This document shows, in pieces, positions 1 through 13,572 of a DNA stretch of 39,275 nucleotides (position 1 is its first letter; each line of letters starts with the position of its first letter). The translations under genes and the position numbers were made by a program. Below the pieces are notes generated by a model. It ran no database searches. It saw only the letters and a program-made list of their open reading frames with translations, and was not told the origin of the DNA. Source of the DNA: an uncultured Desulfovibrionaceae bacterium (GTDB lineage Bacteria; Desulfobacterota; Desulfovibrionia; Desulfovibrionales; Desulfomicrobiaceae); the NCBI GenBank assembly GCA_964384665.1, contig CAYLNA010000003.1:1-39275 (forward strand), in the 5' to 3' direction.

Positions 1-848
1 GTCTGGTCCCCGGACATGAGCGGCCAGATCTCGTGCATGGTCGCGGTGCAGGTCGCGCAGGGCGTGAGCAGGTAATCGAAGTTTTCCTTCTCGAAGAGTT
101 CCAGATTGCACTTCACGAGCTTGTCGAAGGATTCCTTGTCGCCGGAGGCCAAGGCCGGGATGCCGCAACAGGCTTGGCCGGCGGGCATGTAAATGCCGAT
201 CTCATGATGCGTCAAGACCTTCAGGATGGCCTGACCGACCTGCGGGTAAATCTTGTCGACCACGCAGCCGGGAAAAAAGGCCACCCGGTATCCGCCCTTG
301 CCGGGCCGGGTGTTGCGGGCCGATTCCAACTTGCGCAGAGGTTTCTTGGCCAGAGGCATGAAGTGCCGCTCGCCGATGACCGGCACGTTGAGACGCGAAC
401 AGGACGAACCGATGACTTCGTTGGCGGTCTTGGTGAACACGCCCTGGAACTTGGAGGCCACGTCCAAAACGGAGTTGAAAAGCGCCGGCTTGGTCAACAG
501 ACCCTGAAAAATAGCCTTCTTGGCGGCGGGTAGTCCCATGTACGTGTTCACGATGACGCGGGCCTTGAGGAAGATGTCCAGGACCTTCACGCCGCTGGGA
601 CAGTTGGCCGCGCAGGAGCCGCACAAGAGGCACATGTTCAGCTTGTTCTGCACCCCTTCCGGGTCCTTGATCATCTCGTGGGACAGATTTTCCAAAAGCG
701 CGATCTTGCCCCGGGCCACGTCGCCCTCGCTCATGGTCTCGGCGAAAACCGGACACACGGCCTGACACATGCCGCACTTCATGCAGGTGACCATCTGGTC
801 ATCCAGCTCGTGCAGCATCTTGGCCAGCTGATGAACGTCTTGAGTCAT
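1..848 (-). CDS. glcF: Fe-S subunit of D-lactate dehydrogenase/glycolate oxidase (GlcF-like, CCG domain); 3' end runs off the window
   Basis: Absent from the ORF track because it has no stop in the window. Manual translation from ATG at 848 gives MTQDVHQLAKMLHELDDQMVTCMKCGMCQAVCP...CLLCGSCAANCP...FFPGCVVD...ACCGIPA...PCATC: two 4Fe-4S motifs plus CCG motifs. GGAGG RBS lies in the last codons of the upstream FAD subunit gene. Confidence 0.9.
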   Translation of the reverse strand, partial: MTQDVHQLAKMLHELDDQMVTCMKCGMCQAVCPVFAETMSEGDVARGKIALLENLSHEMIKDPEGVQNKLNMCLLCGSCAANCPSGVKVLDIFLKARVIVNTYMGLPAAKKAIFQGLLTKPALFNSVLDVASKFQGVFTKTANEVIGSSCSRLNVPVIGERHFMPLAKKPLRKLESARNTRPGKGGYRVAFFPGCVVDKIYPQVGQAILKVLTHHEIGIYMPAGQACCGIPALASGDKESFDKLVKCNLELFEKENFDYLLTPCATCTATMHEIWPLMSGDQ

Positions 849-850
849 TG

Positions 851-2239
851 CTAGCCTCCGATGATCTTGCCGGGATTGAGCAGGTAATTGGGATCGACAG
901 CCTTCTTCAGCTTACGCGAGTAGATGATCGTCGCCTTGGTCGTTTCCTTTTCCAGCCACTTGGACTTGGCCAGGCCAATGCCGTGCTCGCCGGACAGGGT
1001 TCCACCCAGGGACAGGGCCACGTCGAAAATTTCATCGACGGCCTGCTCCACGCGGTGGAATTCATCCTTGTCGCGCTTGTCGGTCAAAATGGTCGGATGC
1101 AGGTTGCCGTCGCCGGCATGACCGAAGGTGCCGATCTGCAGGCGATACTTGGCCGCGATGTCGTTGATGGCCTTGATCATGGCCGGAATTTGGCTGCGCG
1201 GCACGGTGGCGTCTTCCAGGACCGTGGTCGGACGGGCGCGGGCCAGGGCCGGCAGCGCGTTGCGGCGGGCTTCCCAGAGCTTGTTCTTCTCGGCGGCGTC
1301 CTTGGCCAGCTGCACGCGGCGAGCGCCATTCTTCTTGCAGATCTCGACGACCTTGGCCGCATCGTCCTCGACCAGGCTGATGTGTCCGCCGTCGACCTCG
1401 ATCAGCAGGATGGCGGCGGCGTCCTTGGGCAGGCCGGCCTTGGTGAAATCATCGACATAGTTGATGGTCGCGTTGTCCAGGAGTTCCAGGGTACAGGGCA
1501 CGATCTTGTTGGCGATGATGGCGGCCACGGTCTCGGAGGCTTTGTTGATGTCGTCGAACTCGGCCAGCATGGCCTTGGAGGCGACTGGCGGCGGCACGAG
1601 CTTGAAAATGATCTCGTCGAACACGCCCAGGGTGCCTTCGGAACCGACCATGAGCTGAGCGAGATTGAGGCCGGTCACGCACTTGACGGTCTTGCCGCCG
1701 GATTTGACGTACTCGCCCTCGGCGTTCCAGAAATTCACGCCCATGACATAGTCCTTGGTCACGCCGTACTTCAGCCCGCGCAGGCCGCCAGCGTTCTCGC
1801 TGACGTTGCCGCCCAGGGTGGAGACAGCCTGGGAACCCGGATCCGGCGGATAGAACAGGCCGCGCTTGGCCACCTCGGCCGCGAACTTGGCCGTGACCAC
1901 GCCGGGCTGGACCACGGCGTACAGATCCTGCTCGTTGATTTCGAGGATCTTGTTCAGGCCGTTGGTCAGAATGACCACGCCGTGTTCCTTGGTCGGGATG
2001 GTGCCGCCGCTCAGGTTGGTGCCGGCGCCGCGAACAGTCATGGGCAGATTGTTCTCGTTGCACAGGGCCACGGTCTTGCCGAGCTGCTCGCTGTTGGTGG
2101 GACGGAGCACCAGCTCTGGGATGACCGCGTCGAGCACGGCGGCATCGTAGGAATAGGCGTGCCGGTCGGACTCGCTGTCCAATACGTTTTGTTTACCTAA
2201 AAGAGTAATGAATTCATTTTTCAAAGCTGTGGAAATCAT
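851..2239 (-). CDS. glcD: FAD-binding subunit of D-lactate dehydrogenase/glycolate oxidase (GlcD-like)
   Basis: Motifs RGAGTNLSGG, YPPDPGS, GSEGTLG, FGHAGDGNLHP, SGEHGIG, LLNPGKI. Start trimmed to ATG 2239 (MISTALK), preceded by AAGGAG. Confidence 0.92.
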   Translation of the reverse strand: MISTALKNEFITLLGKQNVLDSESDRHAYSYDAAVLDAVIPELVLRPTNSEQLGKTVALCNENNLPMTVRGAGTNLSGGTIPTKEHGVVILTNGLNKILEINEQDLYAVVQPGVVTAKFAAEVAKRGLFYPPDPGSQAVSTLGGNVSENAGGLRGLKYGVTKDYVMGVNFWNAEGEYVKSGGKTVKCVTGLNLAQLMVGSEGTLGVFDEIIFKLVPPPVASKAMLAEFDDINKASETVAAIIANKIVPCTLELLDNATINYVDDFTKAGLPKDAAAILLIEVDGGHISLVEDDAAKVVEICKKNGARRVQLAKDAAEKNKLWEARRNALPALARARPTTVLEDATVPRSQIPAMIKAINDIAAKYRLQIGTFGHAGDGNLHPTILTDKRDKDEFHRVEQAVDEIFDVALSLGGTLSGEHGIGLAKSKWLEKETTKATIIYSRKLKKAVDPNYLLNPGKIIGG

Positions 2240-2346
2240 CAGAGTTCTCCTTGCGCGTGATTCTCTGATCCGAACCATCGAGGGCCATTCCCTGGAGTGT
2301 TGTTCGAATTCCGGATGAGGCGTCATCGGGAAAACCAACAACACGG

Positions 2347-2374
2347 AAACAAAGGGGGGGGGCAAAGCCCCCCC
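2347..2374 (-). terminator. Terminator-like G/C hairpin after the lactate permease gene
   Basis: Minus strand reads GGGGGGGC-TTT-GCCCCCCC(CC) followed by TTTGTTT, starting 6 nt after the permease stop. Confidence 0.55.
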
Positions 2375-2380
2375 GAGAGA

Positions 2381-4009
2381 CTATGGCAACATCCAGCTCA
2401 GCGGATACGCCTGCAGATAGGTCAGGATACACACGAAGGTGATCATGGCCAGGGAATGCTTCAAGGTGAACAGGAACAGATTGCCTTCCTGGCCGACCAT
2501 GTTCGCGGCGGCGGTGGCCACGGAAATGGACTGCGGGGAGATCATCTTGCCGGTGACACCGCCGGAGGAGTTCGCGGCCACGCAGAGTTCGGGGGATACG
2601 CCGATCTGCTGGGCCGTGGTCATCTGCAGGTTGCCGAAGAGCAGGTTGGAGGACGTGTCGGAACCGGTCAGGAACACGCCAAGCCAACCAATGATCGGCG
2701 AGAACAGCGGGAACAGGGAGCCGGTCTGGGCAAAGGCCAGACCCAGGGTGGAACTCATGCCGGAGTAATTCATGAGGTAGGCCAAGCCCACGATCATGGA
2801 GATGGTCAGGATGGGGAAGCGCAGCTGCACGACGGTCTTGCCAAAGCAGGTCACGGCGCGGCCGACGCCATAGTTGGGCAGCACAGTCAGGGACAAAATG
2901 CCGGCAAACAACACGGCGGTGCCGGGAGAGGTCAGATAGTTGAACTTGTATAGGGCCTTGTACACGGTGTCCTGAGCCACAACCGGAACGGTCTTGGTGA
3001 TCAGGGAGTCAAGGCCGGGCCAGGCGAAGGTGATGACCGTGGACTTCATCATGTCCTGCACGGGCTTCAGGCCCCACACGAAGACCATGGCCGCCAGGAT
3101 GATCCAGGGCATCCAGGCGCGGAAGACTTCAGCCTGGGAGTAATTGCACACGGCCTTGCCGGTGGAAGCGGGCTCGTTGGGAAAACGCCAGATGTTCTTG
3201 GGCTGCCAGACCTTCAGGAACAGGCCCAGACCGACGATGGTGGCGATGGCGGACAGGACGTCAGGCAGCATCGGACCGACAAAGTTGGAGGTCACGAACT
3301 GGGTCACCGCAAAGCACAGACCGGCTACGATACACGCCGGGAGCACTTCCACGGAGCGCTTGAAGCCGCACATGGTCACGGACAGCCACAGGGGCACGAT
3401 GACGGACAGAAACGGCAGCTGACGGCCGGTAATGGCGCTGATGTGCATGACATCGAGCTTGGTCAGTTCGGCCACGGCGATGATCGGAATACCCAGGGCG
3501 CCGAAGGCGACCGGTGCGGTGTTGGCGATCAGGCACAGACCGGCGGCGTACAGCGGGTTGAAGCCCAAGCCGACCAGCATGGCGGCGGTGATGGCCACCG
3601 GAGTGCCGAACCCGGCTGTGCCTTCGATGAAGGAACCAAAGGCAAAGGCGATGAAGATGGCCTGCAGACGCCGGTCTTCGGTGATGGTCGCGAGCGAACT
3701 TTTGATGATCTCGAACTGCCCGCTTTCAACGGTCATGTTGTAAACCCAGATGGCCGTCACGACGATCCACACGATGGGGAAGATGCCGATACCCGCCCCA
3801 TAAAGGAAGGAAGACGCAGCCAGGGATGCGGGCATGCCCCACACTGCCACGGCGACAAGCAGGGCGCCAGTCAAAGCAAGCCCAGCAGCGAAATGTCCCT
3901 TGGCTCTCCTCACGGCCAACATGAAAAAAAGAATGTACAGCGGAACGGCGGCGATAAGCGCCGAGACAGTGATGTTGCCGAATGGATCGTAAACCTGCAA
4001 CCAATTCAT
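2381..4009 (-). CDS. lldP: L-lactate permease (LctP/LldP family)
   Basis: 542-aa polytopic membrane protein with family motifs TEDRRLQA, EGTAGFGTPVA, ANTAPVAFGALG, FLTGSDTSSN, GKMISPQSI. AGGAGG upstream. Confidence 0.95.
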   Translation of the reverse strand: MNWLQVYDPFGNITVSALIAAVPLYILFFMLAVRRAKGHFAAGLALTGALLVAVAVWGMPASLAASSFLYGAGIGIFPIVWIVVTAIWVYNMTVESGQFEIIKSSLATITEDRRLQAIFIAFAFGSFIEGTAGFGTPVAITAAMLVGLGFNPLYAAGLCLIANTAPVAFGALGIPIIAVAELTKLDVMHISAITGRQLPFLSVIVPLWLSVTMCGFKRSVEVLPACIVAGLCFAVTQFVTSNFVGPMLPDVLSAIATIVGLGLFLKVWQPKNIWRFPNEPASTGKAVCNYSQAEVFRAWMPWIILAAMVFVWGLKPVQDMMKSTVITFAWPGLDSLITKTVPVVAQDTVYKALYKFNYLTSPGTAVLFAGILSLTVLPNYGVGRAVTCFGKTVVQLRFPILTISMIVGLAYLMNYSGMSSTLGLAFAQTGSLFPLFSPIIGWLGVFLTGSDTSSNLLFGNLQMTTAQQIGVSPELCVAANSSGGVTGKMISPQSISVATAAANMVGQEGNLFLFTLKHSLAMITFVCILTYLQAYPLSWMLP

Positions 4010-4038
4010 AATGGAATCTCCCTCCTAAAAAAACCGAT

Positions 4039-4084
4039 GAAAAAGACCGCCGGAGCGCGGATACCCCTATCCGTGCTCCGGCGG
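4039..4084 (-). terminator. Rho-independent terminator-like hairpin after por
   Basis: 17-bp stem CCGCCGGAGCGCGGATA-CCCC-TATCCGTGCTCCGGCGG (4047-4084, one mismatch), followed on the minus strand by TCTTTTT. Confidence 0.75.
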
Positions 4085-4095
4085 CGTGCCTCTAC

Positions 4096-7863
<3,768 letters not shown>

Positions 7864-7916
7864 TTACATACTTTTCTTTCCTGTCTGAAAAATAATTCTC
7901 ACCTCCCTTGCGGAGA

Positions 7917-7932
7917 GTCCTAAAAAACGGAC
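7917..7932. promoter_or_regulatory. Candidate enhancer site 1 (GTCC-N8-GGAC)
   Basis: GTCCTAAAAAACGGAC: perfect 4-bp arms and an A-rich spacer, ~85 nt upstream of the -24 box. Confidence 0.6.
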
Positions 7933-8051
7933 AGAAATTTCTTTGCCCTGCGTCTAGCATGTTATTCCAACCCTGGGAACAAACAACTTAAAAAAGGTTA
8001 ACGTGCTCAAATTCAAGGTTAATGGCGTAAATTCAAGCAGTATCGCCGTTT

Positions 8052-8067
8052 GTCTGAATTTTCGGAT
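8052..8067. promoter_or_regulatory. Candidate enhancer site 2
   Basis: GTCTGAATTTTCGGAT, same 16-bp geometry as site 1. Confidence 0.45.
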
Positions 8068-8195
8068 GCGTCATTACGGCCTGGCTCCGCCCGCGATCCA
8101 GCAGGAAGGCCCTGTTCGAGCAGGACCTTTTCGGTCGAGAAAAATCACCCGCCGAGTCGGATAACCGCCTGGAAAGACAACTCGGAATCCAAGAA

Positions 8196-8211
8196 ATCCG
8201 AAATCCCGGAC
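8196..8211. promoter_or_regulatory. Candidate enhancer site 3
   Basis: ATCCGAAATCCCGGAC, same 16-bp geometry as site 1. Confidence 0.45.
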
Positions 8212-8514
8212 AAAAAAATCATTTTTGATCCTGGCAGATTTTGGTTGACTGAACAACCATTTTTTTGGAAGGAACTCATCGAAGGCAACGCCATGACCGA
8301 CGGCCGCCATGCCATCCCTCCCCGTCGCCCATGCCGCCCTGCGATGCGGAATCACCCCGTTCCGCGTCACGATTTCTTGGTATCTGTCCGGCTTTCCTCC
8401 TCCCCCTCGCGCCGCGCGCTCCCGATCACGTCCACGGACTGTCGGGAGCCGTCGGTCTTTCCGCGCTTCCCCGGATACACGAAACCATGCGCCCCGCGTC
8501 CTGCGGCGCGGATT

Positions 8515-8530
8515 TGGCAATTTTCTTGCA
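8515..8530 (+). promoter_or_regulatory. Probable sigma54 promoter of the small ORF
   Basis: TGGCAA-TTTTC-TTGCA with exact GG-N10-GC spacing, 68 nt upstream of ATG 8599. Confidence 0.65.
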
Positions 8531-8598
8531 GAAATTTTCGCGAACAGCTTGGCATGCGCCCAAAAGCTGTCTATGTATACGATAATTCGGAGGTTTAT

Positions 8599-8793
8599 AT
8601 GAAAGGAAAAACCATAACCAAGCACGGCGTGATCAAGGGATTGTCCCAAACCGAGACAATGCAGTTGTCACAATTACTCACGCCGATTCAGCGCCAGCGC
8701 ATCAACGAGGGGGACAGCGTCCTGGTCAAGACGGAATATATCGTGGATTCCTGGAAGGAATACTGGCTCGGACTGGAGCCGGAAGACGACTAG
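8599..8793 (+). CDS. Small hypothetical protein (64 aa)
   Basis: C-terminal part of track ORF 8050..8793. GGAGG RBS at 8589-8593, 5 nt before ATG. Sequence MKGKTITKHGVIKGLSQTETMQLSQLLTPIQRQRINEGDSVLVKTEYIVDSWKEYWLGLEPEDD. Ends 4 nt from the convergent gene without overlap. Confidence 0.75.
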   Translation: MKGKTITKHGVIKGLSQTETMQLSQLLTPIQRQRINEGDSVLVKTEYIVDSWKEYWLGLEPEDD

Positions 8794-8797
8794 CCGC

Positions 8798-10201
8798 CTA
8801 CGGCTCAAGGCCGTGCTTTTTGAGAACAGCGTACAGATGGGACCGGGACAATCCGGAAATGGCGACCATTTTCTGAATATCCTTGCCGTGCGCCCGCAGG
8901 AGTCTGACCAGATAGTCCCGCTCCATCCTCAGCTTGAACTCTTTCAAGGTTTCGTTGAACTCCGCGCCATGGTCCACGCCTGACGCCGCCGCATCCAGCA
9001 CACCCGTCTCGCCCCTGCTTCGACTCAGCATGGATTTCGTCACCCGGATACGCACCGCCTGCGGCAAATGCTGCGCGTAGACCGTTTTTTCCGCTCCGGA
9101 CAAAACAAAGGCCTGTTCGATGGTGTTGAACAGCTCGCGCACGTTCCCCGGCCAATCATACTGCCTGAGCACGGTCACGAATTCCGGGTCCATCTCCTTT
9201 TCCGGAATATTGCGCTGCCGACACAAACGGTCGATGTGATATTTGGCCAGCACCGCGATGTCGTCCTCGCGCTCGCGCAAGGGCGGCAGGACCACGTGGA
9301 TGGTGTTGATGCGGTAATACAAATCCTGGCGGAATTCTCCGGCCCGAACCATGGCCTCCAGATCCCGGTTGGTGGCGCAGATCAGCCGGAAATCGCTTTC
9401 CAACTCATGGTTCGAACCCACCGGCCGGAAGCGCCGCTCCTGCAGCACCCGCAAGAACGTCTTCTGGGCCGAAAGCGGCAGCTCCCCGATTTCATCCAAA
9501 AAAAGCGTGCCCTGATCGGCCAGCTTGACCAGCCCGATCCGATCCTTGGCCGCGCCGGTGAACGCGCCCTTGGTGTGCCCGAAAAGGATGCTCTCCAGCA
9601 GGGTCTCGGTCAGGGCGGCGCAGTCCACCACCACGAAGGACCGGGCGGAGCGGAGGCTGTTGCGGTGAATGGTCCGGGCCAGCAGCTCCTTGCCGGTCCC
9701 GGTTTCTCCGGTGACCAGCACCGTTGAATCCGATCCACTGGCCTGGGCCGCGCGCTCGTAGCACTGCCGCATGACCGCGCTGTCGCCGACGATCCCGGTC
9801 AAATCGAGGTTCCGCGCCGCGCCTTGGGCCTCCCGTTCGGCGCGGTGGCTCAGGGCGCGATTCAGGGTCTCCTTGATCTGCTTGATGGGCGAAGGCTTGA
9901 CCAGATAGTCCCACACTCCGCCCTGGATGGCCAATTCGGCCCCGTCCGGATCACCCTCCCCGGTCAGGACGATGACATCCGGCGGCCCGATCCGCCCCCG
10001 AATGCGCCCCAGGGCGTCCAGACCATTGCCATCGGGCAGGCGCACATCCAAAAAGACGATATCCACCCCATCCTGCTCCAGACATTCCAGGCCATCGCGC
10101 AGGGTCAGGGCGGCGACGCACTCGTGGCCCAGGCGCAGGGCCATGCTCTCCAGGGTTTCGCAGACCTGCCGGTCATCGTCGATAATCAGAATCCGGGCCA
10201 T
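8798..10201 (-). CDS. Sigma54-dependent response regulator (NtrC family; LurR-like by synteny)
   Basis: REC domain ([15 protein letters not shown]), AAA+ domain ([29 protein letters not shown]), C-terminal HTH. Its ATG overlaps the kinase stop (TGATG). Confidence 0.93.
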   Translation of the reverse strand: MARILIIDDDRQVCETLESMALRLGHECVAALTLRDGLECLEQDGVDIVFLDVRLPDGNGLDALGRIRGRIGPPDVIVLTGEGDPDGAELAIQGGVWDYLVKPSPIKQIKETLNRALSHRAEREAQGAARNLDLTGIVGDSAVMRQCYERAAQASGSDSTVLVTGETGTGKELLARTIHRNSLRSARSFVVVDCAALTETLLESILFGHTKGAFTGAAKDRIGLVKLADQGTLFLDEIGELPLSAQKTFLRVLQERRFRPVGSNHELESDFRLICATNRDLEAMVRAGEFRQDLYYRINTIHVVLPPLREREDDIAVLAKYHIDRLCRQRNIPEKEMDPEFVTVLRQYDWPGNVRELFNTIEQAFVLSGAEKTVYAQHLPQAVRIRVTKSMLSRSRGETGVLDAAASGVDHGAEFNETLKEFKLRMERDYLVRLLRAHGKDIQKMVAISGLSRSHLYAVLKKHGLEP

Positions 10202-13200
10202 CACGCGTCCTTGTCCAGGACATCCCGAATGGCGCATCCGAGCATGTCCTTGTTGTAGGGTTTGCCGAGAAAATACTTGATGTTTCCAGCCCGGGCATGA
10301 AATTCGGCGGCCCGCTTGCGGCCGGAGACCAAGATCACCGGCAGGTCGGGACGACAGCGCTCGACGGCCCTGGCCACGTCGAAGCCGTTCATGCCGGGCA
10401 TGTCATAGTCCGTGACGACGAGGTCGATATCCAGCCCGTCCTCGCAGATGGCGTGGATGGCCTCGGCGCCGCTCGAAAAGGGATGCACGGTATAACCGAG
10501 TTGGGACAAAACCCGAGGCACCACCTGCACCTGATCCTCGTCGTCCTCGACAAAGGCCAAGCGCTCGGCGCCCTGGGCCGCGCCGGACACGCACTCGCGG
10601 GGCAGCAAGCACATGTCCTGCAAGGCGGGCAGAAAAATTTCAAACCGCGTGCATCCAGGCTGGCTGTGCAGATGGATCGCGCCGTCATGACTGCGCACGA
10701 TGCCATGCACCACGGCCAAGCCCAGCCCCGTGCCCTCGCCCTTGCCCTTGGTCGTGAAAAACGGATCGAAAATCTTGTCCTGGATGGACTCGTCGATGCC
10801 CGGCCCGCTGTCTTCGATGGACAGCGCCGTGTACACGCCGGGCTCCAGATTGCCGAGGCGCGGATCATCGCGCTCCAGGTTCACGGCCGCAAGGCCCATG
10901 GAAATGACGCCCCCCTGCTCGCCCATGGCCTGAAAGGCGTTGGTGGCCAGGTTCATGACGATCTGATGAATCTGGGTCGGATCGGCCAGGCAAAAGGGCA
11001 GCTCCGCGTCGATGGAGTCCAGGACCGAAATGTTCCGGGGCAGGGAGGCCCGGATCAGGACCACGGCCTCGCCGACCACCTCGCGCAAATCCGTGGGAAT
11101 GAACCCTTCCTGGCTCGGCCGGCTGAAGGTCAGGATTTGCTTGATCAGACCGCTTCCGCGCATGGCGGCCTTGAGACAGCGGTCCAGATCCCTCCAGACC
11201 AGGCTGTCCTCGGGGATGTCCTCCATGGCCAGTTCCGTGGAATTCATGATGGAAGTCAATATATTATTGAAATCATGAGCAATCCCCCCAGCCAAGGTGC
11301 CGATGGCCTCCATTTTTTGGGACTGCAGGAGCTGCTTTTCCAGACTCATGGTCTGGGTGATGTCCTCGGCCGTGCTCAGCACGCCGACCACCTCGCCATG
11401 AGGGTCGTGCAGCGGGACCTTGTTGACCAGGAACCAAACCGTCTCGCCCGCCGCGTTGTGGGCTTCCCAGCGCAGCAAGAACCGGGGCTCGTTGGAGTCA
11501 ATCACCGCCCGGTCCAACTCCGCCATGCGGTCGGCTTCGAGCCGGTCCGAGGCGAAATCCAGGAACAGCTTGCCGTTGATCGAGGCCAGATCGGGCTGTC
11601 CGACATGGGTCAAAAAATTCCGGTTGGCGCCGATGATCCGCAGCTCGCGATCCTTCCAGTCCACCAGCTGCGGGATGGTGTCGAGGACCAGTTGCAGCAT
11701 GGCCTCGGACGCGGCCAAGGCCAGTTCGGCGGCCTTGCGGTCGGTGACATCCTCCACGAACCCTTCGTACAGACAGAAATCATCGTCACAGCCGCGCACG
11801 GCCCGGGCATTGAGATTCGCGGTGATGACGGCGCCGTGGCGGGTCTTGAACAGGACCTCGAACTCGATGGCCCCCGTACTCTGTTCGTACAGATCCAGTA
11901 CGCGCAAACGGTCGCTCTGCTGGTAATAGAGAGCGGCGATGTTCGGATTCGCGGCGATGAGGTCCCTCGGGCTGGCGTAGCCAAGCATGCGGGCCAGGGC
12001 CGGGTTGGCGTCGAGCCAGGTCCCGTCGGGCGCGGTCCGGAAGATGCCCAGGGCGGAGTTCTCGAAGATGCTCCGGTATTTCTCCTCGGCCGCGCGCAAA
12101 TCGTCCTCGGCCTTCTTGCGGTCGGAAATATCGTAAATGACGCCGACGATGCCGGCGTTCTCGCCCTGCACGTCGGCGTAGGTCGCCTTGTGCAGCACGA
12201 CGGAGCGCAACGAACCATCCCCGTGACGGATCTGGGCCTCGAAGGAATCCATGCGTCCGTCCAAGAGCGGCGCGAACCGAAATTCGGCCAACCGGGGCGC
12301 GGCCCTGTCCTTCCACTCGAGTCCGAACCACCGTTCGAAGGCATGGTTGACCCCGATGATATCCCCGCCCCGGTCCGTGAAATAGATGGGAATGGGCAGG
12401 GTATCCATCAAGGTCCGCAGGAAGGACAACTGATTCTTGATGCGGACCTCGATCTGCTTGCGTTCCCAAATGTTAATGACCAACAGCACCAGGACCAGGG
12501 ACAGCACGATCAAGCTGATGATGATGGTCCAGAACTGATGGCGGTTGATGGAATAAAACGGCGACGGCTCGTTGATGAGAATGCTGTCCTCGGGCAGCAG
12601 GTCGCGATTGATGCGCAGCGCGGTCACGATCTCGTAATCAAACATGGCCGGCTGATCCGGGCTGGTCACGACCGGAATAGAAGCGGGCGACTCGCCGTCC
12701 AAAATGCGCAAACCCATCTCCGCCGCGGCCCGACCATGGGCGGAGCCGCTGATCATCTTTCCGCCGACAAGACCCGAGCCCAACAGAAAATCCCAGGCCC
12801 CATAGAGCGGAACATGGGTTTTCTCCCACACGATCCGCAACAGGTCCTGGGCTGAATAGACCTCCTTTCCCACGTCCTTGTAAAACGGAATGAAAAAGAA
12901 AATGCTGTCCTGGGACGCGGCCCGCACCCGCGCGATCAGTTCGTCCAGGGTGAAGTCATCCAGGAATTCAACGGACATCGTTCGCGGCAAGGATGGAAGT
13001 TGAGCCCGCACCTGGTTGGCTATGGCCGCTCCAGTCAGACTTTTGTCGCCAATGACGACCAGCCGCTTCTTGCCCGGATGAAAGCGCATCGCCATGTTGA
13101 TGTTGTCGATAACGTCGAAATTCTCCAGAATCCCGGTCATGCGGTCGCGCATGGGAATGTCCTTGGGGTCCACGTCATTCACGCCGCAAAAGACAACGGG

Positions 13201-13554
13201 CACGCCGGGAAACAGAGCTTCACCATGCATGATGACAAAATCAAAGGCATGGTTATCCGAAGCGATCACCAAATCAAACTTTGTATCCCGAAATTTGAAT
13301 TTATAGTAATTATATAAAACATCATTGATCTCGTTCGCATAGAATCGCTTCGAATCCATATACTCTATCTGCAGATAGATATTCTTCTTGCTCGCTTGAA
13401 ACGCATCGCGAGCCCCGTCCAATATCGTATCCGACCACTCATACCCATTGTGGTACGAGTTGATGAAAAGCACGTTCTGTTTTGGTTCATCCTGGGCCAT
13501 GGCCGGATGAACCAAAAAGAACAGGCAAAGAATAAGCGTGATACAGCGAATCAT
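10201..13554 (-). CDS. Hybrid sensor histidine kinase (periplasmic substrate-binding-like domain, TM, PAS domains, HisKA, HATPase, REC)
   Basis: Signal peptide, TM helix FWTIIISLIVLSLVLVLLVI, PAS-like repeats, H-box AGGIAHDFNNIL, N-box NLATNA, DSGPG, FFTTKGKGEGTGLGL, C-terminal REC (VVTDYDMP). Confidence 0.93.
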   Translation of the reverse strand: MIRCITLILCLFFLVHPAMAQDEPKQNVLFINSYHNGYEWSDTILDGARDAFQASKKNIYLQIEYMDSKRFYANEINDVLYNYYKFKFRDTKFDLVIASDNHAFDFVIMHGEALFPGVPVVFCGVNDVDPKDIPMRDRMTGILENFDVIDNINMAMRFHPGKKRLVVIGDKSLTGAAIANQVRAQLPSLPRTMSVEFLDDFTLDELIARVRAASQDSIFFFIPFYKDVGKEVYSAQDLLRIVWEKTHVPLYGAWDFLLGSGLVGGKMISGSAHGRAAAEMGLRILDGESPASIPVVTSPDQPAMFDYEIVTALRINRDLLPEDSILINEPSPFYSINRHQFWTIIISLIVLSLVLVLLVINIWERKQIEVRIKNQLSFLRTLMDTLPIPIYFTDRGGDIIGVNHAFERWFGLEWKDRAAPRLAEFRFAPLLDGRMDSFEAQIRHGDGSLRSVVLHKATYADVQGENAGIVGVIYDISDRKKAEDDLRAAEEKYRSIFENSALGIFRTAPDGTWLDANPALARMLGYASPRDLIAANPNIAALYYQQSDRLRVLDLYEQSTGAIEFEVLFKTRHGAVITANLNARAVRGCDDDFCLYEGFVEDVTDRKAAELALAASEAMLQLVLDTIPQLVDWKDRELRIIGANRNFLTHVGQPDLASINGKLFLDFASDRLEADRMAELDRAVIDSNEPRFLLRWEAHNAAGETVWFLVNKVPLHDPHGEVVGVLSTAEDITQTMSLEKQLLQSQKMEAIGTLAGGIAHDFNNILTSIMNSTELAMEDIPEDSLVWRDLDRCLKAAMRGSGLIKQILTFSRPSQEGFIPTDLREVVGEAVVLIRASLPRNISVLDSIDAELPFCLADPTQIHQIVMNLATNAFQAMGEQGGVISMGLAAVNLERDDPRLGNLEPGVYTALSIEDSGPGIDESIQDKIFDPFFTTKGKGEGTGLGLAVVHGIVRSHDGAIHLHSQPGCTRFEIFLPALQDMCLLPRECVSGAAQGAERLAFVEDDEDQVQVVPRVLSQLGYTVHPFSSGAEAIHAICEDGLDIDLVVTDYDMPGMNGFDVARAVERCRPDLPVILVSGRKRAAEFHARAGNIKYFLGKPYNKDMLGCAIRDVLDKDA

Positions 13555-13572
13555 GATCCGTCGCGCACAGAT

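Noticed and set aside
7989-8040. Short direct repeats AAGGTTAA x2 and AAATTCAAG x2
   Set aside because: Short, in an AT-rich tract and irregularly arranged. They could be chance and are not a CRISPR or iteron array.
8050-8598. 247-aa ORF 8050..8793 and overlapping ORFs 8074..8649, 8265..8585, 8309..8602
   Set aside because: Arg/Pro-rich translations without motifs or a clear RBS, overlapping the regulatory sites. Only the part from ATG 8599 has an RBS and promoter.
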